DNA of 64,000 nt, taken from the NCBI GenBank assembly GCA_040403475.1, contig JBBAKO010000014.1:4916-68915 (forward strand), written 5' to 3'. This DNA comes from Algoriphagus sp. (GTDB lineage Bacteria > Bacteroidota > Bacteroidia > Cytophagales > Cyclobacteriaceae). Positions within the stretch are counted from its first letter, which is position 1. Each line of letters starts with the position of its first letter. The translations under genes were made by a program, and so were the position numbers. The notes under the pieces are model-generated. The model was not told where the DNA came from. It did not search any database and saw only the letters and a list, made by a program, of their open reading frames with translations. Of the stretch, positions 58,599-64,000 are shown piece after piece.

Positions 58599-58676
58599 AG
58601 CTCTATGTTTTTATGCTTTCGCAGTGCTCCGCCGCAGCGGTATAAATGAATTATTTTTTCTATACTCTTGTCTCGC

Positions 58677-59366
58677 CTACTCCCAACCTGAATCTTTGAG
58701 AAGATCAGGTCTTTTTTCTTGGGTTCGGCGAACCGACGCTTCGAATCTCCACTGGCTTATCTTGGCTTCATGACCCGAAAGCAGTACCTCAGGAATTTCT
58801 CTTCCTTCATACACTGCTGGCCGGGTATACACCGGCGGGGCAAGCAAATTATCTTGGAAGGAATCCGTCAAGGCCGAAGTCTCGTCGTTGAGTACACCTG
58901 GGATAAGACGGATGATGGCGTCAGCTACAACCGCTGCGGCCAACTCGCCACCCGAGAGGACGTAATCTCCGATGCTGATCTCCTTGGTGATAAAGGCATC
59001 CCGAACCCGCTGATCCACTCCCTTGTAATGACCGCAGAGGATCAGGAGGTTTTTCGTTTGGGAAAGGGCATTGGCCATCGGCTGATCGAAGGTGGCTCCA
59101 TCGGGGGTCATGTAGATGATTTCATCGTACACACGCTCCTTTTGAAGGGCTTCAATACAGCGGGCGATCGGCTCGATCATCAAGACCATTCCTGCGCCCC
59201 CACCAAATGCATAATCGTCCACTTGCTTTTGTTTGCCTGTGGCATAATCTCTAAGGTTGTGGATCCGAACCGTGGCGATTCCTTTTTCTTCCGCCCGTTT
59301 GAGGATGGAATGCGAAAAGGGACCTTCCAATAGTCCAGGCACTACCGTAATGAGATCGATATGCAT
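58677..59366 (-). CDS. trmD: tRNA (guanine37-N1)-methyltransferase
   Basis: [34 protein letters not shown]. Confidence 0.98.
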   Translation of the reverse strand: MHIDLITVVPGLLEGPFSHSILKRAEEKGIATVRIHNLRDYATGKQKQVDDYAFGGGAGMVLMIEPIARCIEALQKERVYDEIIYMTPDGATFDQPMANALSQTKNLLILCGHYKGVDQRVRDAFITKEISIGDYVLSGGELAAAVVADAIIRLIPGVLNDETSALTDSFQDNLLAPPVYTRPAVYEGREIPEVLLSGHEAKISQWRFEASVRRTQEKRPDLLKDSGWE

Positions 59367-59369
59367 GGG

Positions 59370-59900
59370 TTAATCTTCCAGATAAATTTCAAGTAAGCCT
59401 TCGGGCAACTGGCAGAAAACTTTTTTTGCTGCCTTGTCCACCTGGGTAATGATGCCATCCTGTATGGGGATGAGCACTTCTTTGCCTTGGTAGGTCACTC
59501 CGAGGAGGTCCTGTGTTTCGAGATCGTAGACGACCTGCACAGGTCCGATGGGTCCCATCGTCAGGTCGATGACGTCAAAACCAATCAGTTCGTGGAAGTA
59601 ATACTGATCTTCATCTAGTTGAGGAAGCTCGGAGAGTGGAAGATATACTTCCGACCCTACGAGATGTTCCACTTCTTCGATTCGATCGAGCTCCTCAAAC
59701 TTGGCGAGTGCTTTGCCTCCGTACTGGATCACAAAATGTTCCAGAAAGAAGGGGACTAAGCGTCCTTTTTGATCGAGGAAGAGGTGCTCTAATCCCTCGT
59801 ATTCCTCGGGATAATCTACATCGAGCACCACATTTACTTCACCACGAAGCCCATGAACTTTGGCTATTCGGCCTATCAAAAAGCACTGTTCCTTGTTCAT
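59370..59900 (-). CDS. rimM: Ribosome maturation factor RimM
   Basis: IGRIAKVHGLRGEV, YYFHELIG, EVLIP; lies between rpsP and trmD. Confidence 0.95.
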   Translation of the reverse strand: MNKEQCFLIGRIAKVHGLRGEVNVVLDVDYPEEYEGLEHLFLDQKGRLVPFFLEHFVIQYGGKALAKFEELDRIEEVEHLVGSEVYLPLSELPQLDEDQYYFHELIGFDVIDLTMGPIGPVQVVYDLETQDLLGVTYQGKEVLIPIQDGIITQVDKAAKKVFCQLPEGLLEIYLED

Positions 59901-59912
59901 GGGAGGAATTTA

Positions 59913-60683
59913 TTATTCTCCAGCAGCGCCACCATCGGCTGCATCAGCAGCAGGTGCGTCAGCAGGAGCATCAACGGGGGCAGTATCTTCAGCAGCTTCA
60001 ACTAACGGAGCTTCAGCAGAGGGAGTAGCTTCTACTACTGGAGCTTCTTCAGCAACAGGAGCTTCAACTTCTTCAGCAGCTTCTACTACCGGAGCATCAG
60101 CGGAGGTAGTAGCTTCTACTACCGGAGCTTCAGCAGCGGCAGTTCCTTCTTCTACAGCAGGAGCTTCAACTGCAGGAGCAGCTTCTTCAACTTCTTCTAC
60201 CGCAGGGGCAGCAGCGGCAACAGCAGCAGCTTCTCTTGCTTTGATGGCGTCGATACGAGCCTGGTTTTTGGATGTTTCAGCAGCAAGGGCGGACTTACGA
60301 GCATCTGCTTTGGCAGTTGCAAGTTGGTCCTTCTTGCCTTCGATCTTGGTATCTTTCTCAGAAAGCCATGCGTTGAATTTGGCATCTGCTTGTTCTTGAG
60401 AAATAGCACCTTTCAACACTCCAATTTGGAGGTGTTTTTTCAGCATGACACCTCTGTAGGAAAGCATGGCTTTCACGGTATCGGTAGGCTGAGCTCCATT
60501 CAACAACCAGGTAAGAGCGCGCTCATTGTTGATGTTGATGGAAGCGGGGTTCGTGTTCGGATTGTAAGTTCCGAGTTTCTCGATGAAGCGTCCATCACGT
60601 GGAGCTCTTGCATCAGCTACAACCACGTCGTAAATGGCTTGTTTTTTGCGACCACGACGTGCTAATCTGATTTTTACGGACAT
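59913..60683 (-). CDS. rpsP: 30S ribosomal protein S16 with long acidic Ala/Glu/Pro-rich extension
   Basis: [43 protein letters not shown]. Confidence 0.97.
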   Translation of the reverse strand: MSVKIRLARRGRKKQAIYDVVVADARAPRDGRFIEKLGTYNPNTNPASININNERALTWLLNGAQPTDTVKAMLSYRGVMLKKHLQIGVLKGAISQEQADAKFNAWLSEKDTKIEGKKDQLATAKADARKSALAAETSKNQARIDAIKAREAAAVAAAAPAVEEVEEAAPAVEAPAVEEGTAAAEAPVVEATTSADAPVVEAAEEVEAPVAEEAPVVEATPSAEAPLVEAAEDTAPVDAPADAPAADAADGGAAGE

Positions 60684-60826
60684 AATTAACTGTTTTTAGT
60701 GAGTGGATGGAACCCGTCCATCCTAATTTTGGACTGCAAAGATACGATAAAGGATTGAAAAGCCACAAGTTGCCTGTAAATTATTTGTGTAAAAGTTGAG
60801 ATTGGGGCTATATTGCAGGACTATTT

Positions 60827-60898
60827 GGCCTTGTAGTTCAACGGATAGAACAAGCGTTTCCTAAACGCTAGATCTAGGTTCGATTCCTAGCTAGGCTA
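60827..60898 (+). tRNA. tRNA-Arg (anticodon CCT)
   Basis: Cloverleaf: GGCCTTG/CTAGGCT acceptor stem (one T-T mismatch), D arm GTTC..GAAC, AGCGT-TTCCTAA-ACGCT, T arm CTAGG-TTCGATT-CCTAG; no encoded CCA. Confidence 0.93.
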
Positions 60899-61066
60899 CT
60901 TCTTTTGTTACCTGCTACCGTAAATGGATCACAGGAGTTCCAATTTTTTAACATTTCAGGGATTTACATCCTCTACTCTGCGCAAACCGTGTTTTCCTTG
61001 GCTAATTAAACAAAAGTGGAAGCGCGGGAGTTAGCAGACTATAAAAATTAAAAAAATCTAAAAAAA

Positions 61067-61573
61067 ATGAAAAAATTATCCATTTTATTCTTCGCCTTAT
61101 TGCTATCTGCCAATGTATTTAGCCAAGGAAAAGACATTGCCGATATCGCTATTGGATCTGCTGACCACAGCACCCTAGTTGCAGCAGTTGTAGCTGCCGA
61201 TTTAGTGGGAACACTTAAGAGCGCAGGACCCTTCACGGTTTTTGCACCTACCAACGCTGCATTTGCCAAACTTCCTGAAGGTACAGTAGCCACCCTATTG
61301 AAGCCAGAGAACAAAGCACAACTTGTTAAAATCTTAACCTACCACGTGGTAGCTGGCAACCTTGACGCAGCTGCAGTAGTAGCCGCAATCACAAACGGAA
61401 AAGGTTCTGTAACCTTGACTACCGTAAGCGGTGGAAAACTTACTGCTTCTATGGAAGGCGGTAAAGTGAAATTGACTGACGAATCTGGAAATGCAGCTTA
61501 TGTAATTGCAGCTGATTTGAAAGGTACTAACGGAGTGATCCACGTGATCGACAGGGTAGTTCTTCCAAAGTAA
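61067..61573 (+). CDS. Fasciclin (FAS1) domain protein
   Basis: Signal peptide, GPFTVFAPTNAAF, ILTYHVV, NGVIHVIDRVVLP. Confidence 0.95.
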   Translation: MKKLSILFFALLLSANVFSQGKDIADIAIGSADHSTLVAAVVAADLVGTLKSAGPFTVFAPTNAAFAKLPEGTVATLLKPENKAQLVKILTYHVVAGNLDAAAVVAAITNGKGSVTLTTVSGGKLTASMEGGKVKLTDESGNAAYVIAADLKGTNGVIHVIDRVVLPK

Positions 61574-61593
61574 TTCCCAATTCGATTGCATAT

Positions 61594-61627
61594 AAAACGC
61601 GCTGGAGTTCTTCCAGCGCGTTTTTTT
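61594..61627 (+). terminator. Intrinsic terminator
   Basis: AAAACGCGCTGGA-gttct-TCCAGCGCG-T7. Confidence 0.85.
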
Positions 61628-61862
61628 ATGCCCTTGACCTTAATAGCTTTAAGCGCCTTCAAAAATTGCAATTTGATTAAACTTAATTCAAATTTTCAGG
61701 TTAACAAGTAACTAACAGATTAATTACAAAAGTTTTAGCTTTGCAATTTCTATCTAAACTTTTTTAAGTCTATCTGTTTCACATTTTCTCTTTCTCCTTT
61801 AAATCCATTTTCAAACTTCACATTACGAGTTTATCCCTTAGCTACCTATAAAATTTACTACC

Positions 61863-62048
61863 ATGAATAGATTTAAAAAGTCAGAACTCGTCCTATTGGC
61901 GATTGTCATTCTTATCATCGGGATATCAGAATATTATTTTTTGGTCCTTGATGAGCCTCTAAAAGCAATTTTTATTGGTCTTTGGTGCCCCACCATCTTG
62001 GGTTTTGTCATCATCTTTAACTTGAAAGGCAACCATGGAAAATCTTGA
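61863..62048 (+). CDS. Small two-TM membrane protein
   Basis: 61 aa, two hydrophobic segments, AIFIGLWCPT. Confidence 0.6.
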   Translation: MNRFKKSELVLLAIVILIIGISEYYFLVLDEPLKAIFIGLWCPTILGFVIIFNLKGNHGKS

Positions 62049-62391
62049 TATCATCTTACTCACCGCAGCCGTAGCGGTTGCATTTTTAGTTTTCATCATC
62101 ACCACCTTGAAAGAATTTACCAAGATGGAGACAGAAGTCTATACTGACCTCAAAAGCAAGCCAAGCTACGGCAGAGATGCGCTGTATGACCTGCTTCAAA
62201 AACTATTTGACGATGAATCTATCCCAAAAACGGACAAGAAAACGGTATTGAAGACTATCGGTCGAACTATGGCCGACATGGAATCAGATGGGCTTTACTT
62301 CCCTGAAGAAATCAAAGAAAAATTGGCTAAAGACGGCATCCCACTTCCCACAAAAAAAAGCGATACCGAAACACTTGAGGATGGAAAATAA
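62035..62391 (+). CDS. Membrane-anchored hypothetical protein
   Basis: N-terminal TM helix; overlaps the preceding ORF by 14 bp. Confidence 0.6.
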   Translation: MENLDIILLTAAVAVAFLVFIITTLKEFTKMETEVYTDLKSKPSYGRDALYDLLQKLFDDESIPKTDKKTVLKTIGRTMADMESDGLYFPEEIKEKLAKDGIPLPTKKSDTETLEDGK

Positions 62392-62637
62392 GGCTGGTGG
62401 TTTTCATCACCGCCGACCCTAGCTAATTTGCGTTTTTTAAAATAATAGCTAGTCACGCTCAAAGTAAGCTGTTTTTTGATCCTAGGCCCCAAAAGGTATG
62501 TCCTTGGTGTGTTTTTTGATTTTTATATGGCTTTACATCCAGACTAAAGATGGCAAAAACTAAACAAAAGGATAACCTCACCAACTAGCAGTTTTTGTGC
62601 TTTTTCTTTAGGTTTCTGCTTTTATTGATTCTAAGCC

Positions 62638-63600
62638 ATGTCTTCTAGACGAAATTTCCTAAAATCTGGCCTTCTTCCGCTGTCACTAGGGGCCCTGGCT
62701 CCTACCCTAGTCCAGGCTAATCCGATCCCCTCCCAATCCCAAAGTCTGCTCAGCCTGCTCCTCAAGTCCATGACCCGACATACGATTTGGAAAGAGGTGG
62801 CATCGATTCCATTTACTTTCCCCACACATCATTGCCAGGGCATGGTCAAAATTGGAGAAGATTATTGGGTAAGCTCGGTGGAAGTCCTTCCCGAATTTGC
62901 AGGAGATCGTTCCCACGGAAAAGGATATTTATTTCAGGTGAGTGCCACAGGCCAACTCCTGAATAGCCTAAAACTCGGGGAAAGACCGCTTTACCATCCC
63001 AGTGGCATCGACTTCGATGGCACACACCTTTGGATAGCCCTTGCAGCCTACAAACCCAACAGCCAATCGATCATTTACAAAATTGACCCCTTCCAAAATA
63101 CCGTGAAGGAGGTTTTTAGATGGGAAGATCACCTCGGGGCCATTGCACTCAATCCGGACACCCAGATCTTGCATGGTGCCAGCTGGGGTTCCCGTACCCT
63201 GTACCAATGGGATAGCAAAGCTATTGCTAAAAAACAGAGTTCCCCCGAACCGATTCCCTCCACCAGCCAACTCAATCCCAGCAGCTACATCGACTACCAG
63301 GACAACCAATACCTGGGTGGTGGGGAAATGCTCTATTCAGGAGTGGCTACCTATAAAAAACCGGGGGAGCCTGCCTTTTCCCTGGGGGGACTGGAAATCT
63401 GGGATGTCCTCCAAGGCCAGGTGGTCCACCAGCTACCAATATCCCTCTGGTCACCGAAAACAGGCAGAGTCATGACTCAAAATCCTTGCTTTTTGGAAGC
63501 AGTGGCCCCAAACCAAGTTCGTGCCTACTTCCTCCCTGACGACATGGAATCTACCCTGTATGTGTATGAAGCTGCAGTGGAGCTATCAAAAGAAAAATAA
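62638..63600 (+). CDS. Tat-exported beta-propeller-like protein (DUF6454-like)
   Basis: SRRNFLK twin-arginine signal, HCQGMVKIG, YHPSGIDFDG, IDYQD, MTQNP. Confidence 0.72.
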   Translation: MSSRRNFLKSGLLPLSLGALAPTLVQANPIPSQSQSLLSLLLKSMTRHTIWKEVASIPFTFPTHHCQGMVKIGEDYWVSSVEVLPEFAGDRSHGKGYLFQVSATGQLLNSLKLGERPLYHPSGIDFDGTHLWIALAAYKPNSQSIIYKIDPFQNTVKEVFRWEDHLGAIALNPDTQILHGASWGSRTLYQWDSKAIAKKQSSPEPIPSTSQLNPSSYIDYQDNQYLGGGEMLYSGVATYKKPGEPAFSLGGLEIWDVLQGQVVHQLPISLWSPKTGRVMTQNPCFLEAVAPNQVRAYFLPDDMESTLYVYEAAVELSKEK

Positions 63601-63655
63601 GCCATTCAAGCAGCAATCCCAGGGGAAATACCAGCCGAAAAATTGATTCGCCAAA

Positions 63656-63880
63656 TTAATTTTTCGGTTTTCTGAAAATCAGGCAATGTTGCCAGGGTAG
63701 GTTGCTGCTATTTTTTTCAAATGAAAAGCCGGCAGCCTTAAACCCTTTTACCGCCTGTTGCTCGCTCATCTTGTGGATGGCCTTGATTGGCACATTCGGA
63801 TCTTCAGCCCTGAACTCTACCAAAACCAACTTGCCCCCAGGCTTGAGTGCTTCCATCATGGATAGCGCCATCTCGTAATG
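63656..63880 (-). pseudogene. C-terminal fragment of a class I SAM-dependent methyltransferase
   Basis: YEM..ALKPGGKLVLVEFRAEDPNVPIKAIHKM..LPWQH. An in-frame TAA lies 7 codons upstream of ATG 63871 and no N-terminal SAM-binding part is present. Confidence 0.7.
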
Positions 63881-64000
63881 ACCAGTGGTTTAACCCCAAG
63901 TATTCTAGTCCTTAAAAAACCAATGCCTTAATGCCAAGAGAATTTATTTAACTTTTTACCTAATCTGACCTCAAAATCATTCAAACAATTTCTGCCAGCA

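Noticed and set aside
59860-60399. 179-aa Ala/Ser/Thr-rich plus-strand ORF
   Set aside because: It is the antisense shadow of the low-complexity rpsP tail. The same applies to the many other antisense ORFs inside housekeeping genes.
60827-60960. tRNA-Arg as an island integration site
   Set aside because: I saw no duplicated tRNA 3' end and no integrase downstream within the window.

Overview
This is a bacterial chromosomal window from a Bacteroidota organism, most likely Cytophagales/Cyclobacteriaceae (Algoriphagus-like), judged from gldD, BatD, the lipoprotein and TonB-plug genes, and gene content. Most of it is housekeeping: asd, carB, xerD, recG, lysC, ribH, pdhA, recF, P-II/amtB, aroC, aroQ, serC-like, gltX, rpsP-rimM-trmD-rplS and tRNA-Arg(CCT). 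It also holds an AraC-regulated hydroxyproline catabolic cluster, two RelE/ParE-type toxin-antitoxin pairs, a GxxExxY nuclease gene and an AAA+/DUF4143 ATPase gene. The most striking region is a ~6.8-kb accessory island between gltX and rplS (51270-58090). It begins with a 92-bp-period array of paired palindromes separated by variable ~22-nt spacers. Next is a lipoprotein with a C-terminal HExxH zinc-peptidase-like domain, then four ~603-bp tandem cassettes. Each cassette carries an in-frame variant copy of the lipoprotein's C-terminal tip plus a secreted partner gene with a hypervariable segment. A second lipoprotein paralog follows, with the same N-terminus, a divergent HExxH domain, one internal TAG and its own unrelated partner gene. 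This looks like an uncharacterised polymorphic toxin/poly-immunity (or protease/inhibitor) system. Several unannotated palindromic repeat families are scattered through the intergenic DNA. All product calls come from motif recognition by eye; no database searches were run.
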